Source of the DNA: a virus
Reading direction: 5' to 3' (one strand)
IMG/VR virus record: IMGVR_UViG_3300030202_003496
Coordinates: 10,781 to 74,780 of that record
Length of the DNA: 64,000 nt
Positions 50,111 to 60,051 of this stretch are shown here, in pieces. Position 1 is the first letter of the stretch, and each line of letters starts with the position of its first letter. Position numbers and translations under genes: made by a program. The notes under the pieces were generated by a model that did no database searches, was not told the origin of the DNA, and was given only the letters and a program-made list of their open reading frames with translations.

Positions 50111-51082
50111 ATGAAAAAAGCATTTATAACAGGAATATCAGGTCAGGATGGAAGTTATCTTGCAGAATATTTAGTAGAGCTAGGATATGAAGTTCACGGT
50201 ATTGTTAGAAGAAATTCTACACCAGAAAACCAACATAATAGAATAGACCATTTAGATGATAAGATACACACGTACTATGGAGATTTATTAGACCAGGGAA
50301 GTGTAGAAAGACTTTTAGACAAAATTCAGCCAGATGAAATATATAATATTGCAGCACAATCACATGTAAGAATTAGTTTTGACATTCCTCAGTTTACAGT
50401 TCAGACAAATGCTTTAGGTGTCTTGAATATGTTAGAGGCGTATAGAAGAGCATGTCCAGATGCAAAGTTCTATCAAGCTAGTTCATCTGAAATGTTTGGT
50501 CTTTCTGTAGAAGAAGATAATTTTCAAAGAGAAACTACAATTATGAATCCTGTTTCTCCTTATGGCTGTTCAAAGGTATTTGGATATAATATAGTTAGAA
50601 ATTATAGACGTGCTTATGGATTGCATGCAACAAATGGAATATTATTTAATCATGAGTCACCAAGACGAGGTAGTAATTTTGTAACAAACAAAGTTGTAAA
50701 AGCTGCTGTAAGAATAAAGCTAGGACTACAGGATAAGTTAGAACTTGGTAATATGGATTCTTATAGAGATTGGGGACATTCATACGATTATGTTAGAGCA
50801 ATGCATTTAATGATGCAGCATGATGAGCCAGGTGATTGGGTTGTTTCTACTATGGAAACACATTCAGTAAGAGAGATGTGTGAATTGGTATTTAATTATT
50901 TGGATTTAGATTATAAAGATTATGTAGTACAAAATCCTAAATTTTTAAGACCTGAGGAATTACCGTACTTAAAAGGTGATTCTACAAAAATAAGAACAGA
51001 ATTAGGATGGAAACCAAAATATACATTCAAAGAAATGATGGAAGAGATGACAGAGCATTGGTTGGAGTTATATAAAAAATGA
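50111..51082 (+). CDS. gmd: GDP-mannose 4,6-dehydratase
   Basis: ITGISGQDGSYLAE, AAQSHV..SF, YQASSSEMFG, SPYGCSK, LFNHESPRRG.NFVT.K, RDWGH. Confidence 0.95.
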   Translation: MKKAFITGISGQDGSYLAEYLVELGYEVHGIVRRNSTPENQHNRIDHLDDKIHTYYGDLLDQGSVERLLDKIQPDEIYNIAAQSHVRISFDIPQFTVQTNALGVLNMLEAYRRACPDAKFYQASSSEMFGLSVEEDNFQRETTIMNPVSPYGCSKVFGYNIVRNYRRAYGLHATNGILFNHESPRRGSNFVTNKVVKAAVRIKLGLQDKLELGNMDSYRDWGHSYDYVRAMHLMMQHDEPGDWVVSTMETHSVREMCELVFNYLDLDYKDYVVQNPKFLRPEELPYLKGDSTKIRTELGWKPKYTFKEMMEEMTEHWLELYKK

Positions 51083-51249
51083 AAAAATTCGATAAATTAG
51101 ATAAACCTGTCACTATGAAGGTATATACGAAAAAACCTAAAAAATGGACACTTATAGATGAAGAAACAGGTCAGATATATAGAGGTGATGAAGAATTGGC
51201 AAAGAAAGAAGGCCACAATGGTTGGAGGTTTATAGGAAATAAAAAATGA
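51079..51249 (+). CDS. Small hypothetical protein (56 aa)
   Basis: MKKFDKLDKPVTMKVYTKKPKKWTLIDEETGQIYRG...; overlaps neighbours by ATGA; not in the track. Confidence 0.6.
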   Translation: MKKFDKLDKPVTMKVYTKKPKKWTLIDEETGQIYRGDEELAKKEGHNGWRFIGNKK

Positions 51250-51491
51250 CGTATTTTATTATGATGCCAGGTGATACAGAGAAAGAAGTATATTTTGATT
51301 CTAATCTTTTAGGTGAAAATACAGGCTTTGGAATATTTTGGGCTGGAGCAGGGTTAAAAATTTTAATGAAAATGGTTGATAGCAATCCTGAACTACTACC
51401 AGATGTAAGAATAAAAACAGATAAAGGAAATCAACTAACAGTTGAAGAATTTTTAACAGAAATAAAAGGACTTAAGGTCAGAGTAAATTAA
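51246..51491 (+). CDS. Hypothetical protein
   Basis: 81-aa ORF, coupled to the previous gene. Confidence 0.65.
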   Translation: MTYFIMMPGDTEKEVYFDSNLLGENTGFGIFWAGAGLKILMKMVDSNPELLPDVRIKTDKGNQLTVEEFLTEIKGLKVRVN

Positions 51492-51496
51492 AAAAA

Positions 51497-51640
51497 ATGG
51501 AAAAGTTATTAGAAAGAATCGAGTACGTTAAACAGCAAATTGCTGCAGCAGGTCGACATGATGGTTGGGTTGTTGAAGGAATGAAATCCGAACTGGAAAG
51601 ATTAGAAAGAAAATTGGCTAAACGCACAAAGAAAAAATAA
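51497..51640 (+). CDS. Small hypothetical protein (47 aa)
   Basis: MEKLLERIEYVKQQIAAAGRHDGWVVEGMKSELERLERKLAKRTKKK; fills the gap between genes. Confidence 0.55.
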   Translation: MEKLLERIEYVKQQIAAAGRHDGWVVEGMKSELERLERKLAKRTKKK

Positions 51641-51660
51641 AATATATATTTATATATACT

Positions 51661-51912
51661 ATGGGGAAAAAGGAAAAATACGGAAGCTATTTATGTAAAA
51701 TTGGTTATTTCGATGTGAGACAAAAAATTGAAATGCCAAGAACTAGAAGACTAAATAATGGAGAAAAACAAACAATTCCAGGAAAAGTTGAAGTATTTGT
51801 TTATCACGGTAAAAATAAAGTATCAGGACCGTTTGAGTCTCATATAAAAGCAATAGAATCTGCTAATGTATTGTTAGGTAAGAATTATAAATTTAATAAA
51901 TTTGATAAATAG
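51661..51912 (+). CDS. Hypothetical protein
   Basis: 83 aa; starts 6 nt after a TATTTATA motif. Confidence 0.6.
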   Translation: MGKKEKYGSYLCKIGYFDVRQKIEMPRTRRLNNGEKQTIPGKVEVFVYHGKNKVSGPFESHIKAIESANVLLGKNYKFNKFDK

Positions 51913-51915
51913 GTT

Positions 51916-52101
51916 ATGGAAGGTAAAAAAGCAATCGCTACTAAAGATATACCATCGTCAAATGGTATGTTATATAAAAATTCAACAGTCACTATAATAA
52001 AACAAGAATGTTCTTGCAGCCACGGCAGTCAAAATATATTGATTCAAGATGATACTGGAAGAGAATTTTGGGTAAGTATCCACGATATTTTAATTCAGTA
52101 A
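51916..52101 (+). CDS. Hypothetical protein
   Basis: 61-aa ORF. Confidence 0.55.
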   Translation: MEGKKAIATKDIPSSNGMLYKNSTVTIIKQECSCSHGSQNILIQDDTGREFWVSIHDILIQ

Positions 52102-52153
52102 ACTGATATTTATATTCATATAGAATAATGTTCGAAATTTAAGGAGAGCTAAT

Positions 52154-54286
52154 ATGTCAATATTGACGAAAATGGTTGAAAGCGAATTAAGTAAGCTTTC
52201 AGAACAAGAAAGAGAATTACTTAAAGACAAGCTTAAATCAAAAAAGTCTGTGACTATGTCTGAGCTTTCTAAAATCATAGAAGAAGAATACGAATCTTAT
52301 ATTAACGAGCGAAGAGGTAAAAAGGTCACTAAGCAATGGTGGAAAAAAGCTAGTGAAGATGATAGAGAAAGAGCGATGCTATCTGTTGTTAAGGACCCTG
52401 ATGATATCGATTATGATTTGGTTGATGGTAAATGGGAAGACCTTGAAGGATGGATGCAGAGAGATATGTACTTTTTTGAAGGTCAATTAGATGAAAAAGG
52501 AAAAGGACTTTGGCATAATATTAGAGCTAAAAGAGCTAGAGGAGAAAAACCTGCAAGAAAAGGAAGTAAGGCTTACAAAAAAGCTAAAAAGGCTGCAGAT
52601 GATATTAACGCATCAGAAGGCAAGAAAAACGAAGGAGCTTATGGATGGCAAACTATGGACATGTCATCATTCAAAGGTTTGAAAACTGCTAAAAAAGGTT
52701 CAAAAGCTACTGGTGGTGGTTATGGCCCTTTTATAAAAATAGGAAGTGACTCTTGGAAAAATCCAAAAACAGGAAGACTAATGCATAGCAAAGCTCTTGC
52801 AAGCCATATTGGCGGATTCAATGATTTTATAGTAGAAGTTAAAGAGAAAGGCGCTGACGGTAAGGCATGTTGGAAAGGATATAGATATGCAGGTACTGAA
52901 GATGGCAAAGACAAATGCGTTAAAATTGGTGAAGGTGAATTAAATGAAAGAACTGCAAAAGCTACATTAGAAGATGCAGTAAAAGCTTTGATGAAAACAT
53001 TTGCTGGTAAAAAATTAGACCAAAGATATGTTAAAGACTATCTAAAATCTATGGAAAGATTGGCAAGAAAAAAGCCAATGGATTTTGTAAAAGACTATGG
53101 AGATTTTAAGGTTAAAGATTGGATTGAAGATGTAGAATATAATTTACAGAATGAAGCTAAATTAGAAAAAGAAAAGTTTACTGAACCTGAGCAGATGAAA
53201 ATGTATGAAATCAAAAAAGGTGATGTAATAAAATTTAAGAACGGTGAGAGTATTATTATACTAGGTCCTAAAGGTGATGGTTACGATTATCAAGAAAGAG
53301 GACGAAGAGAGAAAGGACACCATCCAAAAGGTTGGTTTGATATGATGATTCGTACTGGTAAAGCAGTTGTTGAAGACAAATTAACTGAAGACTATTCTCA
53401 AAGAGCAAGAAATTTTAGAGTTGCTCTAAGGAGAAGACTTCCAGCTATGAAAAAAGGTAAGAAGATTAAATATGGTAAACTTACTTGGACAGCATTAGGT
53501 AATGGTAATTTCAAAGATAGTAAAGGTAGAACAGTACCTTATCAAGATATAGTACAAGATTTGAAGTTTGCAGTACAATCAGATATAATGCAACACAGAG
53601 GTTCAGCAGGCGATGATATGATAGATGCTTATCTTAAATTTGAAGGTAAGTTAACTGAAGCTAAGGTGACCCCTGGTAAAGTATCTAAAGCATTTAATAA
53701 AGTTGCAGAATTAGTAAAGCTATTAAAAACAAATCTTGAAAAATATAAATCAGCTGAAGGTAAAGATAAAGACAAATATAAAAAAATAGCATTAGACTTA
53801 ACAAAGAAAAAGAAAGCTGCAGAAGAAGAAGCAAACAAGCTTTTAACTATGTTAGATAAAGATGTAGAACTTGTAATGAGTGAAGGAGTAAATCCTAAAA
53901 AAGCAGCAAAGGTAATTTTTGATAAGCTTGTATTTGCAAAACTTATTGGACAGCAAAACCGAAGACGAGCTGAAGGAATTATTGAATTTCAATTGAGAGC
54001 TATGAATTTTGGCGAAGGTATTAACGAAGCTACAAATCTTTGGAAACATTTTGATGCTAAAATGAAATTGCAAGATACTATCATGGACTTAGAATATGAT
54101 ATGAAGATGATAACTAAAGATATAGCTCAACTTCATAGAGATATGGAACAAGAAGCAGAACCAGAAGGTGGTCCTAAGGCTACTAAATATGGTAAAGAAA
54201 TAGATAAAAAAGAAAAAGAATATAAAAAGAAAAAAGCTGAGTTCAAAAAACTTATGGCTAAATTAGAAAAAATGGAGCAATACTAA
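52154..54286 (+). CDS. Modular basic protein, putative capsid-internal polyprotein
   Basis: 710 aa; unrelated short segments separated by (L/I/V)-x-E sites; TATTTATA motif and AGGAG RBS upstream. Confidence 0.5.
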   Translation: MSILTKMVESELSKLSEQERELLKDKLKSKKSVTMSELSKIIEEEYESYINERRGKKVTKQWWKKASEDDRERAMLSVVKDPDDIDYDLVDGKWEDLEGWMQRDMYFFEGQLDEKGKGLWHNIRAKRARGEKPARKGSKAYKKAKKAADDINASEGKKNEGAYGWQTMDMSSFKGLKTAKKGSKATGGGYGPFIKIGSDSWKNPKTGRLMHSKALASHIGGFNDFIVEVKEKGADGKACWKGYRYAGTEDGKDKCVKIGEGELNERTAKATLEDAVKALMKTFAGKKLDQRYVKDYLKSMERLARKKPMDFVKDYGDFKVKDWIEDVEYNLQNEAKLEKEKFTEPEQMKMYEIKKGDVIKFKNGESIIILGPKGDGYDYQERGRREKGHHPKGWFDMMIRTGKAVVEDKLTEDYSQRARNFRVALRRRLPAMKKGKKIKYGKLTWTALGNGNFKDSKGRTVPYQDIVQDLKFAVQSDIMQHRGSAGDDMIDAYLKFEGKLTEAKVTPGKVSKAFNKVAELVKLLKTNLEKYKSAEGKDKDKYKKIALDLTKKKKAAEEEANKLLTMLDKDVELVMSEGVNPKKAAKVIFDKLVFAKLIGQQNRRRAEGIIEFQLRAMNFGEGINEATNLWKHFDAKMKLQDTIMDLEYDMKMITKDIAQLHRDMEQEAEPEGGPKATKYGKEIDKKEKEYKKKKAEFKKLMAKLEKMEQY

Positions 54287-55029
54287 TGGCAGACGCTACA
54301 CAACAAGCAGACCCTAACAATCAAGAGGTCAAAAAAGGATTTGTATTTAACGAAACAGGTAATATCATGATGGCAACTACTGATATGACCAATTCAACAA
54401 TAGAAAAAGAAGTAAGAGATGTATTTGCAGAGGTGTCTGTATTCTTTGGTGCTATGACAAAGGCATTAGATAAAGAAGGAAAATCTCTTTATGATTACGA
54501 TGCATTACAAAAAATAATTGACGAATCAGGTTGTTTCGTTCATGTAAATGAAGAAGATGTTCATCACAAATCTAATTCTTGGGGAGCTACATTCTCTAAA
54601 GAATTATTAGAAGGTGTACTTGGATTGGCTACAGGAACTGGCGGTCTTGCTTTTGCAAAGGCGATGGTTAGCTCGGTAGGTCAAGCTGGTTTAACTATAT
54701 CAGGTGATAAAAGCCATACTTCAAAGAAAGCTTGTAATATTATATTTGTATGTGAATATCTTTTAGGAATGCCAGTTATTAGTGCTATTGTATGTACTGT
54801 AGATACAGAAGAAAATTCACAAGCATTTCAATTAGGACCATGCGTAAAAGAACATAGCCAAAGTACAGAATTAACAATTCATAAAGACACATACATGTTC
54901 GTAACACCACAGTTCATTGAACAATATTCAAGTGACCTAGTTGATGGAATGAATGACCCAGATTTTGAAGCTTTAACTAAAAAGTTCCAGGAATTCTTAA
55001 ATCCACCAGCAACAACAACTAAACCGTAA
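54286..55029 (+). CDS. Hypothetical protein
   Basis: 247-aa ORF coupled by TAATG. Confidence 0.7.
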   Translation: MADATQQADPNNQEVKKGFVFNETGNIMMATTDMTNSTIEKEVRDVFAEVSVFFGAMTKALDKEGKSLYDYDALQKIIDESGCFVHVNEEDVHHKSNSWGATFSKELLEGVLGLATGTGGLAFAKAMVSSVGQAGLTISGDKSHTSKKACNIIFVCEYLLGMPVISAIVCTVDTEENSQAFQLGPCVKEHSQSTELTIHKDTYMFVTPQFIEQYSSDLVDGMNDPDFEALTKKFQEFLNPPATTTKP

Positions 55030-55043
55030 TTAGGAGAATGTAA

Positions 55044-55529
55044 ATGGGAAATATAAAATTCAAGAAAATATTAAAAGAAGCTGCTTGGGACTATACTCAA
55101 GGTAAAGCTTTGCCTACTTTAGATGATGTACAAAAAGCTTATGAAGCTAAGATTAAATTAAGAGATATATTAGAAAATCAAACAGGAATGATGGCATCAT
55201 TACATGATGATAGTGGCCTTGTTTTCTCAGAAAAAGAAATGAAAAAAGTAGCTAGACCTGAATTGCATATTCATCTTTTCTCAAATATAAATGCTGCAAA
55301 AAACTATTCAAAAGTTTTAGGCAATATGTTAAAAACAATAAAAGGAATATCACGTTTTTCAGGTGTTCCTACTGACGTTAAAGTTATGAAAGGTTCAGAT
55401 TTTATTAAAAAATATCCTAAAATTGTGAAAAAATTACAAAACTCAGCTCCATTAAGATATGAAGACAAACCGTGGAATGATTTATATAATAAATTTGATA
55501 GAACAGGAACTAAATTAAAGCATTTATAA
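55044..55529 (+). CDS. Hypothetical protein with an 'IKFKKILKE' leader
   Basis: 161 aa, AGGAG RBS. Confidence 0.65.
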   Translation: MGNIKFKKILKEAAWDYTQGKALPTLDDVQKAYEAKIKLRDILENQTGMMASLHDDSGLVFSEKEMKKVARPELHIHLFSNINAAKNYSKVLGNMLKTIKGISRFSGVPTDVKVMKGSDFIKKYPKIVKKLQNSAPLRYEDKPWNDLYNKFDRTGTKLKHL

Positions 55530-55918
55530 TGGAAAAGTATATATACAGAGCGAAGTTAGATAGAGTTGTAGATGGTGACACCATTGATGCTATGATTGAT
55601 GTAGGTTTTGATATTTGGATTAAGAAAAGAATCAGATATATGGGAGTTGATACTTGGGAATCTAGAACTAGAGATTTAGAAGAAAAGAAAAAAGGTCTTG
55701 CAGCAAAGGCAAGAAATAAAGAATTACTTGAAGAAGTATCATCTAAATCAGGGTATTTTAGATTAAAAAGTCACGGCGTAGGAAAGTACGGAAGAGTACT
55801 CGGTGAGATATTTATACAAGATATAGATGGAAACTCTATTTGTATCAATGAACAATTAAAAACAGAAGGCCACGCATACGAATATTATGGTGGTAAGAAA
55901 AAAGTATTTGGAGATTAA
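55529..55918 (+). CDS. Thermonuclease (SNase-like) protein
   Basis: RVVDGDTID, RIR..GVDT.E, GKYGRVLG, EGHA. Confidence 0.88.
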   Translation: MEKYIYRAKLDRVVDGDTIDAMIDVGFDIWIKKRIRYMGVDTWESRTRDLEEKKKGLAAKARNKELLEEVSSKSGYFRLKSHGVGKYGRVLGEIFIQDIDGNSICINEQLKTEGHAYEYYGGKKKVFGD

Positions 55919-55919
55919 A

Positions 55920-56180
55920 ATGGCTAAGAAGAAATTAGTTAAAAAAGTTTTAGACAAAACAAATTTAGATGAAAAGTTAATTGCAGAATATAATGAAAAT
56001 AAAACATTATATGATTCAATACTATGCCAATGTAAATGTTACGGTGGATATGTATTAGCAGTAGGTGCTGGATGTACATTTGGTGTAAGTTTAGTATGGG
56101 GAACATTGTTATTAGTAGGCGCTGGTATATGGGCTTATCAAGTAAGACGTTGCAAACCTGGTAAACTTTGTAAAAAATAA
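55920..56180 (+). CDS. Small membrane protein
   Basis: Likely start MAKKK at 55920 (GGAG RBS); two hydrophobic segments. Confidence 0.6.
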   Translation: MAKKKLVKKVLDKTNLDEKLIAEYNENKTLYDSILCQCKCYGGYVLAVGAGCTFGVSLVWGTLLLVGAGIWAYQVRRCKPGKLCKK

Positions 56181-56181
56181 A

Positions 56182-56448
56182 ATGATTAAATTAAAAAACA
56201 TATTATCAGAAATAAAGCTTAATAAAAAAGACATTTCTTATCAGCTTAAAATAGATTATTCAGGAAACACACCTCCAAAAATAGTTAAGTTGAATAAAAA
56301 AGAAATATCTATCTTTTATGGATATAAGGTAAATCCAAAAGATGTTATTAAATCTATTCAAAAGGTAGAACCTGTTGAGCTTAAACATAAAGGATGGTCA
56401 AGTATCATGACCGGTGGCGGTGTACATACATTTGCCATACTCGGATAA
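56182..56448 (+). CDS. Hypothetical protein with an 'MIKLKNILSE' leader
   Basis: 88 aa; leader shared with the ORF at 63654. Confidence 0.65.
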   Translation: MIKLKNILSEIKLNKKDISYQLKIDYSGNTPPKIVKLNKKEISIFYGYKVNPKDVIKSIQKVEPVELKHKGWSSIMTGGGVHTFAILG

Positions 56449-56464
56449 ATAAAGGAGAATTGTT

Positions 56465-56611
56465 ATGAACTGGATAAATGGATTTGACGCTGGAAACAAA
56501 AAAGAAAAGTACTATCTTGAATGCAGGATTGGTACTTTCACAGTATTAGAAATTAAATGGGACAATCATAAATTTAGGTTTATGATATGTAATTTGGGAT
56601 TTGAATTATGA
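56465..56611 (+). CDS. Small hypothetical protein (48 aa)
   Basis: MNWINGFDAGNKKEKYYLECRIGTFTVLEIKW...; AGGAG RBS; ATGA overlap with the next gene. Confidence 0.6.
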   Translation: MNWINGFDAGNKKEKYYLECRIGTFTVLEIKWDNHKFRFMICNLGFEL

Positions 56612-59600
56612 AAAAACTAGTATTTTTACTAATGGTTATACCAACGTTGGCATTTTCACAAACTACAGATAGTTGGGTAAGATTTGCTGTACAGTTTGAT
56701 TTTTATGGACCTTCAGAGTCTAACTTTTTTATGGTCGAAGATACAATTCAAGGTGACACAGTAATGTTTCACGCACCAACTGTACCTTATGAATATCTAG
56801 ATACAGTTATTAACATAAACTCAGGTAATTATGTAGTTACGTTAAATGATAGTTGGGGAGATGGATGGGTATCACAACAACCAGCATGGTTCAAGATGAT
56901 GAATGATTGTCAAGGAATGATATTGAATTATGACCCATTAACAATGCAGTTCTTTACACTAGATACATTGGTTAATATATTACCTTGTGCACCACCTGTA
57001 CCGGGATGTACAGACCCTATAGCAATTAACTATGACTCATTAGCCTCTTTGGACGATGGGTCATGTGAGTATATACAAGGTTGTTTGAATCCTAATGCTA
57101 CAAACTATGATTCAACAGCAGGTGAATTACCAAATGGCTTAATTGTATCAGGAGGCAGTTGTAATCTAAATTCGTGGAATCAAAATTATTTTGGAATTGA
57201 TTCTGTAGATTATTGGAACGACCCTTCACTTTGGTCAGCTGGCGCTAGAATTTATATATCAGGTCAGCAGTGGTTTGTTGATGGAGTTAATTTTCCTACA
57301 AACTGTAATGCTCCTGCAGTTTTAATTTATGTAGTACCAACAGAAGCTCAGGCAGATGGAAATACAGGAACATTTGTACCAGGACTCAATGTAAATGCAG
57401 TTGTTGGTGAAGAATGGTTAGTAGACCCATGTGTATTTATTTATGGCTGTACTCAACCAAACGCATTAAACTATAATCCTTTAGCAGGGGTAGATGATGG
57501 AAGTTGTATTAACATTCCAGGTTGTACAGATTCTACATCTTCAAATTATAATCCAGCTGCAACGCTAGATGACAATAGCTGTAACGGTACAGGTCCTATA
57601 TCTTGTTCACCTGGTAAAGAATTGGTAACAGTAGAAATTATGTTAGACCAATATGCATCAGAAACAGGTTGGGACATTTATACAACTGGTGGAACTTTAA
57701 TTCACGAACAACCTATTGGTTCTTATTCAGGACAGCCAATGGGAGCTATTGTAACAAAATATATTTGTATTGACTATGGAACTGAAATACAATTTACAAT
57801 TGATGATGACTATGGAGATGGTTTAGGAGGAGCTCAGTTTGGTGGTATTGATGGAACATGGATAGTTTATACGGAATGTGATACTATATCTCAAGGTATT
57901 GGAGATTTTGGTTATTCTTATTCAGATGTAGGATTCGTTAATGAATGTGTACAAACACCTATATTAGGTTGTACAGACCCTGCATATCAAGAATTTAATC
58001 CAATGGCAACTGTAGATGATAGTTCATGCGCTACACTAAATGTATTTGGCTGTGTTGACACAAACGCATTTAATTATGACCCTAATGCTACAGCACAATT
58101 ACAGAATCCTGGTTGTATGAATACTTTAACATTAACTGACTGGGCCGATAATGGCTGGGCAGGCTCATTCTTAGTTGTAACTCAAGGAAATAATTTTTGG
58201 GGTCCGTTTACTTTAGGACCTAACGACCTAATATTAGATACAGCAATATATCTTAATACTCAACAAGAAATAAAAACTTATTTTTACTCATTTGGACAGT
58301 CTGTACCAACATCAAATCAATGTATGTTCCAGATAACAAATCCAATTGGTTTAGTTATTTCTGAAGGAGGTACAAATTCATTTACTGACCCACTATTATC
58401 ATATAATCAATATGGAATGATTTATGATGATTTAGCATATTGCGGAGATAATTGTATTCCTAAAATATATGGCTGTATAGATTCTTTAGCAGTTAACTAT
58501 AACCAATTTGCAAATACAACAGATAACTCTTGTTATTATAATCCTGGTTGTACAGATGCAGCTTATTTAGAATATCATACCCAAGGTTTTGTAGCAGATT
58601 ATGACGATGGAAGTTATTGTCTTAATTATGCAATATTTGGTTGTATGGATTCTACTCAATATAATTATGACCAATATGCTACAGTACAATGGACTTCGGT
58701 AGTAGACCAAACAGACCCATGTATTGCTAAGATATTTGGTTGTCTAGACCCAACAGCATTTAACTTTGACCCATTAGCAAATACAGAGGATTATTCATGT
58801 ATACCTTTTATATATGGCTGCATGGATAATACAATGTGGAATTATGATGCAACAGCTAATACAGATAATGGAAGTTGTATTCCTTATATCTACGGATGTA
58901 CAGATTCAACTGCATTAAATTATGATATATTAGCAAATACAAATGATGGTAGCTGTATTCCATATCTTTATGGCTGTACGGATTCTTTAGCAATTAACTT
59001 TAATCCACTAGCAAATACAGACGATGGAACTTGTATAGCAGAATTATTAGGTTGTACAGATTCTTTAGCTATGAATTATAATCCACTTGCAAACACAGAT
59101 GATGGCACATGTATTGCTTATGTTTATGGCTGTACAGATACATCAGCATTTAATTATGACCCATCAGCTAATACTGATGACGGAACTTGCATCCCTTATG
59201 TTTATGGATGTACTGACCCTACAATGTTCAATTACGATATAACTGCAAATACAGACGATGGTTCTTGTATACCATTTGTTTATGGCTGTACTGACCCTAC
59301 GATGTGGAACTATTGTGATACTTGTAATACTGATAATGGTAGCTGTGAACCTTTTATTTATGGATGTACAGATTCTACTCAATATAACTACGACCCATTG
59401 GCAAATACAGATAACGGAACTTGTATTCCTTATATCTATGGCTGTACAGATAATACTGCATTTAACTTTGACCCATTGGCAAATTCACTAGATAATTCTT
59501 GTTGTTACATTTCTGGTTGTACAGATTCAACAGCATTAAACTACAATCCTAATGCATGTTTTGATGATAATTCATGTATAGTAGCAATAGTAGGCTGTAC

Positions 59601-60051
59601 AGATGTGGCAGCATATAACTACGACCCATTAGCAAATGTAACAGATTCAGCAGCTTGTTTATATGATGCAGGTTGCTATGGAGGACCTGGTGTACCATTC
59701 TGGTTAAATGATGGATGTTATGCTTGGGTAATTTCAGTAGATGATTATTGCTGTACTAACGATTGGGATGCTAGCTGTCAATCAATGTATGACTATTGCC
59801 AGTTAGGTTGGCCAACTTCAGTAGAAGATATAAGTTCTATGGGGATAATGGTTTATCCAAATCCAACAGGTGATATAATAAATATAGATACTAGACTAGA
59901 GGTTGAGGTTGAAATATACGACTTAACAGGAAGAAAAATAATTTCTGAAAAATCTAAGAGAATTAGTTTATCTGGCTGGCCAAATGGTGTATACAACTTG
60001 ATACTTATATATAATAACAAAAGATTTGCGACGAGGGTAATAAAACAATGA
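56608..60051 (+). CDS. Secreted Cys-rich repeat protein with a T9SS type-A C-terminal sorting domain
   Basis: Signal peptide MKKLVFLL...AFSQ; about 20 GC(T/M)D..A.NY...A..DDGSC repeats; C-terminal VYPNP....NI...IYDLTGR...GVY. Confidence 0.8.
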   Translation: MKKLVFLLMVIPTLAFSQTTDSWVRFAVQFDFYGPSESNFFMVEDTIQGDTVMFHAPTVPYEYLDTVININSGNYVVTLNDSWGDGWVSQQPAWFKMMNDCQGMILNYDPLTMQFFTLDTLVNILPCAPPVPGCTDPIAINYDSLASLDDGSCEYIQGCLNPNATNYDSTAGELPNGLIVSGGSCNLNSWNQNYFGIDSVDYWNDPSLWSAGARIYISGQQWFVDGVNFPTNCNAPAVLIYVVPTEAQADGNTGTFVPGLNVNAVVGEEWLVDPCVFIYGCTQPNALNYNPLAGVDDGSCINIPGCTDSTSSNYNPAATLDDNSCNGTGPISCSPGKELVTVEIMLDQYASETGWDIYTTGGTLIHEQPIGSYSGQPMGAIVTKYICIDYGTEIQFTIDDDYGDGLGGAQFGGIDGTWIVYTECDTISQGIGDFGYSYSDVGFVNECVQTPILGCTDPAYQEFNPMATVDDSSCATLNVFGCVDTNAFNYDPNATAQLQNPGCMNTLTLTDWADNGWAGSFLVVTQGNNFWGPFTLGPNDLILDTAIYLNTQQEIKTYFYSFGQSVPTSNQCMFQITNPIGLVISEGGTNSFTDPLLSYNQYGMIYDDLAYCGDNCIPKIYGCIDSLAVNYNQFANTTDNSCYYNPGCTDAAYLEYHTQGFVADYDDGSYCLNYAIFGCMDSTQYNYDQYATVQWTSVVDQTDPCIAKIFGCLDPTAFNFDPLANTEDYSCIPFIYGCMDNTMWNYDATANTDNGSCIPYIYGCTDSTALNYDILANTNDGSCIPYLYGCTDSLAINFNPLANTDDGTCIAELLGCTDSLAMNYNPLANTDDGTCIAYVYGCTDTSAFNYDPSANTDDGTCIPYVYGCTDPTMFNYDITANTDDGSCIPFVYGCTDPTMWNYCDTCNTDNGSCEPFIYGCTDSTQYNYDPLANTDNGTCIPYIYGCTDNTAFNFDPLANSLDNSCCYISGCTDSTALNYNPNACFDDNSCIVAIVGCTDVAAYNYDPLANVTDSAACLYDAGCYGGPGVPFWLNDGCYAWVISVDDYCCTNDWDASCQSMYDYCQLGWPTSVEDISSMGIMVYPNPTGDIINIDTRLEVEVEIYDLTGRKIISEKSKRISLSGWPNGVYNLILIYNNKRFATRVIKQ
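58470..59660 (+). repeat. Tandem ~26-aa (78-nt) Cys-rich coding repeats
   Basis: Recurrent ggNtgtacagaN...aattatNNNccN...gcaaatacagaN units. Confidence 0.85.

Noticed and set aside
58470-59660. Regular ~78-nt periodicity resembling a CRISPR array or DGR repeats
   Set aside because: The repeats are in frame, vary at synonymous positions and encode Cys-rich protein repeats; no reverse transcriptase or cas operon is present.
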